Below are positions 20,315 to 28,825 of a stretch of 64,000 nt of DNA, piece by piece. The stretch's first letter is position 1. Each line of letters opens with the position of its first letter. Origin of the DNA: Armatimonadota bacterium (lineage in GTDB: Bacteria > Armatimonadota > SYMT01); assembly GCA_041690135.1 (NCBI GenBank), contig JAWLHY010000014.1, positions 142,150-206,149 of the forward strand, read 5' to 3'. Both the position numbers and the translations under genes were made by a program. The notes beneath the pieces are model-generated. The model saw nothing but the letters and a program-made list of their open reading frames with translations, did no database searches and had not been told where the DNA came from.

Positions 20315-22063
20315 CTAGATCACGTTGCGGCGGGCCACCTGCTGGCTGCGGTCCTGCCGGATCGGCTTCAACGTGACGACGTTCTCCGGCTCATAGTCGA
20401 GTAGCTTGAGCCAGTCTTCCTGGGTGTCCGTCTTCGGGAAGATCTCGTTTTCCTTGTACTCCACCCGGATCGCCCGCTGCAGGTCTTCCAGGCCCACGCC
20501 CTGCTCGAAATCCTTGGTCGCGATGGCGCGCTTGATGGCGTAGTCCTTGGCCCGCTCCACCACGCTGCGGATCAGCGCTCCGGAGAGGAGGTCCTTCCAG
20601 TAGAGACGCTCCACGCCGCCGTTCCGGAGGTGCACCTCCAGGAATTCCGTGTCCTCGTTCCGGCGGAAGAGGAACTGGAGCGCTCCCTCGATGAGGGCTT
20701 CCCGTGCCCCCTCCACGCCTCCGTGTTCGGACAGGGTCGCGGGGTCGTACGGAATGCCCGCGTGCAGGTAGATGCCGAGGATCTCCCGCGCCGCCTTCCG
20801 GTCGGGGCGGACGACCTTTACCTTGCGGTCGATGCGCTCCGGGCGCAGGATCGCCGGGTCGATGTAGTCCGGGCGGTTGGATGTGAGCATCACCACCACG
20901 TTCTCCATCGATACGAGGCCGTCCATCTCCGCCGCGAACTGCGGGACCACCGTGTTCGCGATGTTGAGGTACCGTCCGCTGCTCCGGGTCCGCAGGATCG
21001 CCTCCGCCTCGTCGATGAAGATGAAGACGAGCCGCCCTTCTTTCGCCTTCTCGCGGGCCTGGGCGAAGATCTCCCGCACGATGCGCTCGCTCTCGCCAAG
21101 CCACATGTTCAGGATCTTGGGGCCGTTGATGAACATGAAGTACTCCTCCACGTCCCGGCCGACCCGCTCGCTGTACTCCCGCGTGAGGTTGTAGGCGGTC
21201 GCCTTGCCGATGAGCGTCTTGCCGCAGCCCGGCGGGCCGTACAGCAAGATGCCTTTCAGCGGGCGCTTTTCGAATTTCGCGTAGAGATCGGGATAAAGCA
21301 GCGGGTGTTCGATCGCATCCCGGATGACCTGGATCGCCTCTTCCTGGCCGCCCACGCGGTCCCACGGGATCTCCGGCACCTCTTCCAGGTAGTAGTCGCG
21401 CACGTCCTGCTGCGGGAAGTGCTCCAGCGCCACCCGGAAGTTCGGCTCCACGCGGACCTCGTCCCCCTGCTTGAGCTTCGCTTCCCCCAGGGGCGCCGAG
21501 CGAAGCACAACCCGGCTGGACTGGCCCGCGGCATCCATCGAGACGCGGAGCCGCTCGCCCAGCACCTCGGCGATCTTGACGATGGCGCCGTTCGGCCAGG
21601 GCCCCAGGTCGCCCACGATGGCGTAGGCCTCGTTGAGCTTCACGCGCGTGCCCACCTGGAGGTCCGGGTTCTCCAGCTTCGGATCGAGGCTGCAAACGAA
21701 CTCCCCATCGCCCATGGCGACGCTGGCGTAGCCGTCCGGGGTTTCGCCCAGGTAGGTGCCCACCCGGTTGGCGGGCGACGTCAGCTTCTGGTAGGCCTCT
21801 TCGTACTCGGCCAGGAGCTTCTGCGCCTCTTCGAACTGCGCCTCGTCCGTCTCCAGTTGGTGGCGGAGCAGGAGCAGGTAATTGGTGAGGCGCGGGTCCT
21901 CGCCGTTCACGTGCGCCAGGATCCGGTCCACCAGCGCCAGCGCGCGGTAGGTCGTATCCGGCGCTCGCGGACCGTCTTCCTCTCGCCCATAGCCGCCCCG
22001 GCGCTCCTCGCGTGGGTCGAAAGATCTATCTTCTCGTTTAGACAACGTCAAATTCCTGGTCAA
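20315..22063 (-). CDS. arc: Proteasome-associated AAA+ ATPase ARC/Mpa
   Basis: N-terminal coiled coil, OB domains, EEVPEIPWDRVGG, Walker A GPPGCGKT, KGP-like NGPKILNMWLGESER, Walker B FIFIDE, SRH DPAILRPERIDRK. The true start may be TTG 22045. Confidence 0.93.
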   Translation of the reverse strand: MTRNLTLSKREDRSFDPREERRGGYGREEDGPRAPDTTYRALALVDRILAHVNGEDPRLTNYLLLLRHQLETDEAQFEEAQKLLAEYEEAYQKLTSPANRVGTYLGETPDGYASVAMGDGEFVCSLDPKLENPDLQVGTRVKLNEAYAIVGDLGPWPNGAIVKIAEVLGERLRVSMDAAGQSSRVVLRSAPLGEAKLKQGDEVRVEPNFRVALEHFPQQDVRDYYLEEVPEIPWDRVGGQEEAIQVIRDAIEHPLLYPDLYAKFEKRPLKGILLYGPPGCGKTLIGKATAYNLTREYSERVGRDVEEYFMFINGPKILNMWLGESERIVREIFAQAREKAKEGRLVFIFIDEAEAILRTRSSGRYLNIANTVVPQFAAEMDGLVSMENVVVMLTSNRPDYIDPAILRPERIDRKVKVVRPDRKAAREILGIYLHAGIPYDPATLSEHGGVEGAREALIEGALQFLFRRNEDTEFLEVHLRNGGVERLYWKDLLSGALIRSVVERAKDYAIKRAIATKDFEQGVGLEDLQRAIRVEYKENEIFPKTDTQEDWLKLLDYEPENVVTLKPIRQDRSQQVARRNVI

Positions 22064-22447
22064 TCGTTTAGACGAGTCGATGTTAGTCGCTTTCCCCGCG
22101 TTTGTCAGCCCGCGACGCCCCGGAGCGCGGATGTCCCGGTGAAGTCGATTTACGGTAGTGGGAAGCTGTCCCTGGGCAACCCGCTCGCGGAAACCTCGGA
22201 AGATTGGCTTGCCGTCATGAGGAAAGCCGCCTCCCCTTCCCAGGTTATCTTGGGCAGGTCAATGACACTGGGAGGGATGAATCAGTAGTATGCCAAATAA
22301 ATAAGTACCAGCCTGCTTGGCCGGTATGCGATGGGCCGTGTTTGCAGAGACAAGTTGCAGGAGCAATAGATGCGCAAAACCACCTTTATGATCGATCCTA
22401 AATGTTCCGTGAGCCTTTCAGCCATTGTTGCCCGAAAGGAACGGAAC

Positions 22448-24238
22448 ATGGGATTTAGCAGCGCTGCACGTGCTGCAGGGTTTGAACCGACTGATCCCAA
22501 CATCATCCAGGAGACGGACCTGGTACCGGTGATCCTCTCCGCAACCGACGCTGATGCCCTACTCGATCAACTGCCGGATCTGACAGATACAGAAAGCGTA
22601 GAGTCTATCACAAAAAATGTATCGTATGCGGGGGTGGCTGGGAGCCGGCGTTCTAGCCTGGCCAGCTTGGCGTCAGGCACACCAGCCATTTTGTCAGCAC
22701 ATGTCGGGGCCAATACGCTGGCTGCGCTGATGACAAATCCACAGGTGGAGCGAATGCAGACTAAGAAGGAGAGTAAGCTCCACCTACCGACAGCCCTTCC
22801 GGATATCCGTCTCCTGCTTGCCGCCACTGGGGAACGGGCCGTACCAGAAACGGGCCGCGAGGTCATGATCGGAGTCGTCGATTCTGGTTTCGACTTATCC
22901 CATCCGATGTTCCGCGATGCACAGGGACGGCTGCGTGTCGACGGTTTGCTCGATCAGACTTCAGGAAACCGTGCCTACTCCCACGCGGAATTGGAGAGAG
23001 GATGGGCGAATGGCCGACGAGGACCGGGCGCCGATAACAATGGCCACGGAACTCATGTAGCAACCATCGCGGGAGGCAGTCGGTTCCAAGACATCGAGGG
23101 AGTGGCGCCCGAGGCTCGGTTCCTATTGGTTAAGACTAACTTCCGCGATACGGATTCAGCCGTCTTTTGGATTTTCCAAAAGGCTGGCACCCGCGCATGT
23201 GTCGTGAACTTGAGCCTGGGCCATCACTTCGGCGCACACGACGGCACGGATCTAGAGGAGCGGTTTCATCGCCAGATTACCGGACCCGGGAAGATCATCG
23301 TGGTTTCCGCGGGCAATGAGCGAACCGACAACCTGCACGTGGGTAGCCGGTTTGCTCCGGGGCAAGTACAGGAAGTCCAGTTCGATGTGGGACGCCAGCA
23401 GAACAGGGCGCCCTTTCTGGCCCTCACCTTCTGGTATAGCCAACTTGACCAGTTCGAGTTCAGCTTGCTTACCCCGAGTGGGCAGACCCTACCTTTCCCG
23501 GCCATCAACAGCACGGATAACTATCAATCATCCGGATTGGACATTGAAGTTTCGCTGCGTCCATACGCTTGGAGTAATTCCATTCAGGCACAGGTCGCGC
23601 TGAGTTTCAAGAGCGTGAATGCGCGCGATCGGGACCTGCGTGGCTGGCGGATACGGATGCGTTGTGTGACCGCCGTTATTGGACGACTCGATGGATGGCT
23701 CCACAATTCGGGGTTTGGTAGCTTCCGCGATCATTCAATGATAGAACGAGCGCGCACAATCGGCCTGGCTGCTACCGGCGATGGGTGTATTGCCGTAGCC
23801 AGCCACGTCACGCAGACGCGCTGGACAGGGGATTTGGGAGTTGCGGAAGACACTCGTGCGGTCCTGGAGCGATCCAGTGACTTCTCGAGCCAGGGACCCA
23901 CGCGGGATGGACGTTGGAAGCCGGATATTTCTGCTCCTGGACAATACCTTACCGCGGCGCTTGCCGATGGCTCGGAGATGGCGGATTGGGACGAGCGAGC
24001 TAGCGTGCAACAGAGATTGCTGACGATCGAGGGAACCAGCATGGCCGCACCTATGGTTTCCGGCGCGATAGCTCTTTTGCTTCAGCGGAAGCCCAACCTC
24101 ACAGTTGAACAGATCCGTACCCTGATGGGCAAAACCGCCCGACGCGATGCTCACACGGGACCAGGGCAGTGGAACCCATCGTACGGTTTCGGGAAGATTG
24201 ATGTCGCGGAAGCAGTGAACCAGATAGATTCGGTGTAG
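22448..24238 (+). CDS. S8 subtilase with an inserted jelly-roll-like domain; no signal peptide
   Basis: Catalytic triad VVDSG, HGTHVA, GTSMAAP; oxyanion SAGNE; KPDISAPG; AAGGA RBS before ATG 22448 (the ORF track starts it at 22370); visibly lower GC and atypical codons. Confidence 0.9.
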   Translation: MGFSSAARAAGFEPTDPNIIQETDLVPVILSATDADALLDQLPDLTDTESVESITKNVSYAGVAGSRRSSLASLASGTPAILSAHVGANTLAALMTNPQVERMQTKKESKLHLPTALPDIRLLLAATGERAVPETGREVMIGVVDSGFDLSHPMFRDAQGRLRVDGLLDQTSGNRAYSHAELERGWANGRRGPGADNNGHGTHVATIAGGSRFQDIEGVAPEARFLLVKTNFRDTDSAVFWIFQKAGTRACVVNLSLGHHFGAHDGTDLEERFHRQITGPGKIIVVSAGNERTDNLHVGSRFAPGQVQEVQFDVGRQQNRAPFLALTFWYSQLDQFEFSLLTPSGQTLPFPAINSTDNYQSSGLDIEVSLRPYAWSNSIQAQVALSFKSVNARDRDLRGWRIRMRCVTAVIGRLDGWLHNSGFGSFRDHSMIERARTIGLAATGDGCIAVASHVTQTRWTGDLGVAEDTRAVLERSSDFSSQGPTRDGRWKPDISAPGQYLTAALADGSEMADWDERASVQQRLLTIEGTSMAAPMVSGAIALLLQRKPNLTVEQIRTLMGKTARRDAHTGPGQWNPSYGFGKIDVAEAVNQIDSV

Positions 24239-24285
24239 TGATCAGGGTACGGTTTCGGGTACACTCATCTGAGAGGAGCTCGAAA

Positions 24286-24543
24286 GTGTTCTTAAAGAAA
24301 GTTCCGTCCAGTGAAGCAGAGGCTATGCGAGCCGCGGCCCCCCCGGAAACGGTGATGGTTGAGCCATTGCCCGGCCACACCGATGAGGAAGTTGCGTCCG
24401 TACTGGCAGCATCCGGTGCACGGTCGGTGCAAATTCTCACTCCCGGCTTCATTTCGGCCGAAGTAGACGGGGTGTCTCGGGAAGCGGTGACGGGTATCGC
24501 ACAAGTTCACCCAAAGGTGCTCAAATCACCCCGATACGTGTAA
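24286..24543 (+). CDS. Small protein resembling a free-standing subtilase prodomain (I9-like inhibitor)
   Basis: GAGAGGAG RBS + GTG; TPGFISAEV...AQVHPK resembles the upstream subtilase prodomain TPAILSAHV...PQVERMQTK. Confidence 0.65.
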   Translation: MFLKKVPSSEAEAMRAAAPPETVMVEPLPGHTDEEVASVLAASGARSVQILTPGFISAEVDGVSREAVTGIAQVHPKVLKSPRYV

Positions 24544-24576
24544 AAGGGCAGGTGGGCAATGTCCCCACCTGCCCTT
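24543..24576 (+). terminator. Hairpin terminator after the subtilase pair
   Basis: AAGGGCAGGTGGG-CAATGTC-CCCACCTGCCCTT, a 13-bp stem directly after the stop. Confidence 0.75.
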
Positions 24577-24767
24577 CAGCAGCCCTGTTGTTAGGGTAGT
24601 CGGAATAGTATATGGACTACCGGCATAGGCGAACGCTGCAGAACGCTTTCGTTTCCGCGCCCTGACAATCGCACTCTATAACGCCCGCAGGTTGAAGCTG
24701 CCACGGGTTTGCAAAGTGGCCATCGTCGACGGGCGAGGATCGACGGCTTGAACCCCAGCGTCAGTCG

Positions 24768-25130
24768 CTACGGCAAGGAGGCCTGGAGCTTGCCTTCCGT
24801 ATCGTAGAGCACGAAATCGCCGCCGGTTTCGTCCGCGAACAGCAGCGCCACCGTTTTGCCGTTGGCCCCGCAGATGCTGATGCTTCCGCCCGTGGGGATG
24901 ATGTCCAGCACCAGGGCGGTGTCGCCCGCGGCGTTCAGCACGCGCAGCGTGGGCCCCGTGTCGCCCAGGTCCATGTCGAGCATCGTCTTCCCCTGGCTAT
25001 CGACCACCCGGAACGGCCCGCTCACTGTCACTCCATCCTCGGGGTTGATCGTGAGGCGCTTACTGAGCGTGGCGAGTTGCTCCTCGGCGCGGGCCAGGCG
25101 TTCTTCCAGTTCTTTCAGGCGTTGTTCCAT
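24768..25130 (-). CDS. Hypothetical protein (coiled coil + beta-strand repeats)
   Basis: AGAGGGG RBS; MEQRLKELEERLARAEEQL coiled coil followed by repeats (VVDSQGK, VLNAAGD, ICGANGK, LYDTEGK). Confidence 0.7.
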   Translation of the reverse strand: MEQRLKELEERLARAEEQLATLSKRLTINPEDGVTVSGPFRVVDSQGKTMLDMDLGDTGPTLRVLNAAGDTALVLDIIPTGGSISICGANGKTVALLFADETGGDFVLYDTEGKLQASLP

Positions 25131-25234
25131 AGCGTCCCCTCTTGTTTTCCAGTTTGCCCGCTTTCCCGACCGGTCCAACCGGTTTTCTGTAGGTGAGGGT
25201 GCGCTTGTTGTGGAAGGTCATCCGGGGCCTGGGA

Positions 25235-26090
25235 GCCCTGGACCCGCCCAGGGCTGAACCCCTGGGCTCTGGTACGACACGGTCCCCGCACCCCCTCGGG
25301 GCGTAAACCTGCGCGGGCACAAGTCACGCACTCAAGCACCGGTGAAGTCCGGATGTTCGCCCACGCCCTTCTGCCTATCCCGGGTACTCCAGACGCTGTC
25401 TTGTGCCCCCACCGGGCGCCTACGGAGGTAGGCGCCGTGCATTACCCGAGCCCGCCCGTTCAGGGGTGGGGCGGATCGTGGACCGGGACCCGCCCAGGTT
25501 CGGGATCCGCCCAGGGCTGAACCCCTGGGCTTTGGTACCGCACGCTGCCCGCCTCCGCGGGCACCCATCACGCGCGTTGGTCGAGCGTAGGTTCTGGGTG
25601 TTGTCTGACGCAAGTACCCATGTCCGGTTAACCCACCGTCGTCCTGAGCACCCACCGGGCGCCCGCGGAGGCGGGCAGCGTGCATTACCCGAGCCCACCC
25701 GTTCAGGGGTGGGGCGGATCGAGGACGGGAACCCGTCGAGGGCTGAACCCCTGGGCTCTGGTATGACACGGTCCCCGCCTGCGCGGGCACCGCTCGCGCG
25801 CACCAGGCGAACGTAGCAAGGGGATGTTGATCGACGCAAATACCCATGTGCGGTTAACCTACCGTCGTCCTGAGCACCCACCGGGCGCCCGCGGAGGCGG
25901 GCAGCGTGCATTGCCCGAGCCCACCCGTTTAGGGTCGGGGCGGATCGAGGACGGGAACCCGTCGAGGGCTGGACCCTCCATGCGAACGCATGCGCTGGGT
26001 TCCGGAACGGCACGGTGCCCACACCCCCGCGGGGCGTAAACCTCCATTGGCACCTCTCACGCGCGTTGGGCGAGCGTCGTTTCGAGGTGT
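25235..26090. repeat. BIME-like tandem REP array, ~230-240-bp unit, 3-4 copies
   Basis: CCCACCGGGCGCC...GTGCATT(A/G)CCCGAGCCC(G/A)CCCGTT recurs near 25408, 25651 and 25877; AGGGCTGAACCCCTGGGCT recurs near 25250, 25513 and 25740. Confidence 0.85.
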
Positions 26091-26282
26091 TGGCTGACGC
26101 CCTTCTGCTGGTCCGAGGGATCCCCGCCGCCGCACTGCGACCTCACCGAGCCCCCGCCCCTTTCATCCTTCATCCTTCCGCCTTCATTCTTTAGGAAGCC
26201 TCTTCCCGATCCTTATCTTTGTCCTCATCTTGATCCGCGAAGCCGCAGGGGAAACTCCGCGGTCCGGGAAACCGTAGCTCGG

Positions 26283-28439
26283 ATGGAAGCACTCTGCGCT
26301 TCCCACGGCCGGGGTACTGGGGACGTGAGAAACGGTTTGGGCAGATTATTGGCGGGTTCCGCGAATCACAGGGGCACCGTATCCCTCCGGCGGGGGATGC
26401 TGGGCGGCCTTCTGGCACTGTTCTCCCTCCTGGTGGGAGTGATGCCGGCGGCGGCCCACCCGAACGACGAGGCCAACGTCTACCACTACCTCTGGTTCGA
26501 GGCGCGCCCCGGCAAGCTGGAACTGCAGCACGCCACCATCGCGGGCGGGCTGGTCTCGCAGGCGGTCTGGAGCCAGATGGACCCGGACGGCGACCGCGAG
26601 CTTTCTCCCCAGGAGCAGCGGGACTACGCCCGGCAGTTGGCCGGTAACCTCTTCCTGACCGTGGAGGGGAAGAAGGTGCGTTGGACGCTGGAAGAGTGGG
26701 AGTTTCCCACCCACACCGAGTTCTTCAGCGGTAGCCTCCCCGCCGTGAAGCTGCGCCTGACGGCCAACCTGCCCCGAAAGAGCCAGGGCGGGCCTACCTT
26801 CCAGGTGGAGGACCAGACCTATCCCCAGTTCACCGGCGTTTTTCCGGAGCCGGTGGTCCGGCCGGACCGCCTCTCCGTGCGCGACCTCGTCGTCACCGAG
26901 GACGGGCGCCGGACCCAGGTGACGCTGGGCCCCGCCGGCATGCCTTCGGTGACCACCGGTCGCTCCTCCTCGGAAGCCCCCAACCCGGATGCCGAGAGCT
27001 CGACCGCTCCGGGGAACGCGCCGCGGCTGCCGGGCCTGGAGCTGGAGAGCACGGCTCCCTTGGGATCGGGATCCGCCGTCGCTCCCGGCGCACCACAAGT
27101 GCAGGGAACGGACCTCCAGTCCGTGCCGCTGTTTAAAGAGCGAGGACAGGTCCTCTACGCCCGGCCCGGGGAGAAGCACGATGACCACGCGGACGCGCTG
27201 AAAGGCTTTTTGGGAAAGAACCTGACCCCCGGCCTTCTCGTCGTCGCACTGGGAGTGGCCCTCCTGGCCGGGGCTGCGCACGCGCTCACGCCCGGCCACG
27301 GCAAGGCGATGGTCGGCGCTTACCTGGTGGGGTCGCGGGGGACCATTCGCGACGCGGTGGTCCTGGGATTGGTAGTCACCCTCACCCACACCTCCAGCGT
27401 CTATCTCCTTGGCTTTCTTTGCCTCTGGCTCACCTCTCGGATCCAGGCGGAGGTCGTGGGACAGTGGTTGAGTGTCGGTTCCGGGGTGCTCCTCCTGGGC
27501 ATGGGCTTCTGGCTCTTCCAGCGCGGCCTCCTCGCCTACCACGGCCTCAAGCCCCTCCCCGGCCACTCTCACGGTCCCGGTGGCCATTCGCATGGCTGGG
27601 GGCCGGGGGCCAGCGCAGTGGGCAGTGGGGAAGGGCACGGGCATGCCCATGAGCACATGCACGCTGCCGAGCATACGCATTCCCGCGCGCCGGAGCACGC
27701 GCATTCCCATTCCCACGCAACGCCGGCCCACAGCCATTCCCAAGCCCACGCCAGATCCGAGGCTCACTCTCACACCCACGACCACGGCCACACCCATGAC
27801 CGGGGTCACACCCACGCTGCGGACCACAGCCATACTCACACCGACTCTTCCTTCCCTTCGGATACGGTACCGCTCCCCCAGGATTGGGGGCAGGGGGGCC
27901 GAGCCGGTGTCGCGGACCATAGCCACACCCACGGCAACCCCACCGATCCATCGGGCTCTACCGTCCCGCCCCTTACGCATTACGCAACACGCAATACGGA
28001 TCACGCACCACACCCCCAGGATTGGGGGGCGGGGGGCCGAGACCGCCAACCCCCCTCCGATTCTCCTCTCGACGACTACCGTGGAACCCCTCCGGCCGAC
28101 CTCGCTCCGGCTCCGGGGAGATGGGGGATCATCGGCCTGGGAGTCGCCGGCGGAATGGTGCCCTGCTTCGATGCACTTGCGATCCTCATCGCTGCCGTGA
28201 ATCTCAACAACCTGCCGCTCGGCATGCTCATCATCGCGGCGTTCAGCCTGGGCATGGCGGCGGTCCTGGTCGCGATCGGCGTGCTGATGGTCACCGCCAA
28301 GAGCATGATGAAAAGGTTCACCGGCAACGGCCCCTGGATCCGCGCTTTACCGGCGGTCAGTGGGGGTATTCTCTTCCTGCTGGGTAGCTGGCTCACCTTC
28401 CGCGCCCTCGTGGAAGCCGGGGTCTTGCGTGTTGGGTAA
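26283..28439 (+). CDS. NicO/RcnA-family Ni/Co transporter with an N-terminal extracytoplasmic domain and a long His-rich loop
   Basis: HALTPGHGK, LTHT, GGMVPC signatures; long His-rich loop (HGHAHEHMH...HSHTH); signal peptide ending AAAHPND. The start may be ATG 26397. Confidence 0.88.
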   Translation: MEALCASHGRGTGDVRNGLGRLLAGSANHRGTVSLRRGMLGGLLALFSLLVGVMPAAAHPNDEANVYHYLWFEARPGKLELQHATIAGGLVSQAVWSQMDPDGDRELSPQEQRDYARQLAGNLFLTVEGKKVRWTLEEWEFPTHTEFFSGSLPAVKLRLTANLPRKSQGGPTFQVEDQTYPQFTGVFPEPVVRPDRLSVRDLVVTEDGRRTQVTLGPAGMPSVTTGRSSSEAPNPDAESSTAPGNAPRLPGLELESTAPLGSGSAVAPGAPQVQGTDLQSVPLFKERGQVLYARPGEKHDDHADALKGFLGKNLTPGLLVVALGVALLAGAAHALTPGHGKAMVGAYLVGSRGTIRDAVVLGLVVTLTHTSSVYLLGFLCLWLTSRIQAEVVGQWLSVGSGVLLLGMGFWLFQRGLLAYHGLKPLPGHSHGPGGHSHGWGPGASAVGSGEGHGHAHEHMHAAEHTHSRAPEHAHSHSHATPAHSHSQAHARSEAHSHTHDHGHTHDRGHTHAADHSHTHTDSSFPSDTVPLPQDWGQGGRAGVADHSHTHGNPTDPSGSTVPPLTHYATRNTDHAPHPQDWGAGGRDRQPPSDSPLDDYRGTPPADLAPAPGRWGIIGLGVAGGMVPCFDALAILIAAVNLNNLPLGMLIIAAFSLGMAAVLVAIGVLMVTAKSMMKRFTGNGPWIRALPAVSGGILFLLGSWLTFRALVEAGVLRVG

Positions 28440-28454
28440 TGCTGTGGCCGGCGG

Positions 28455-28680
28455 CTGCGACCCCGAGCTAAACCTCGGGGCTTCAGAACTGCACGGTCCC
28501 CGCCTTCGCGGGCACCCTTTACGCACGAACGGAACTCATGGGCATGCGCCATACCCACGCACCGTCCGGAGTTTTCGCCGCCCCTATGAATTTGGAGCGA
28601 GCGCCCACGGAGGTTTACGCCCCGAGGGGGTGTGGGCAGCGTGCTGTACCCAAGCCCGACCGTTCAGGGTCGGGGCGCAA
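28455..28680. repeat. REP doublet related to the 25.2-26.1 kb array
   Basis: GCACGGTCCCCGCCTTCGCGGGCAC and GGGCAGCGTGC...CCCGACCGTTCAGGGTCGGGGCG. Confidence 0.7.
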
Positions 28681-28825
28681 CCAACCAGGATTTCCGCTTC
28701 CGGTTGCGAATCTCTACACTATCTCCTGAGAACTGCTGCCGGGGCTGCGAAACATCCCGCCGGAGGGCGCGTCTAACCCGGTAACAGCAATCCTTGTTCG
28801 CGACCTGCGATTCGCGGGGGTAACC

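Noticed and set aside
25235-26090. Possible CRISPR array
   Set aside because: Units are ~230 bp, degenerate and palindromic, the linkers are partly homologous, and there are no cas genes in the window.
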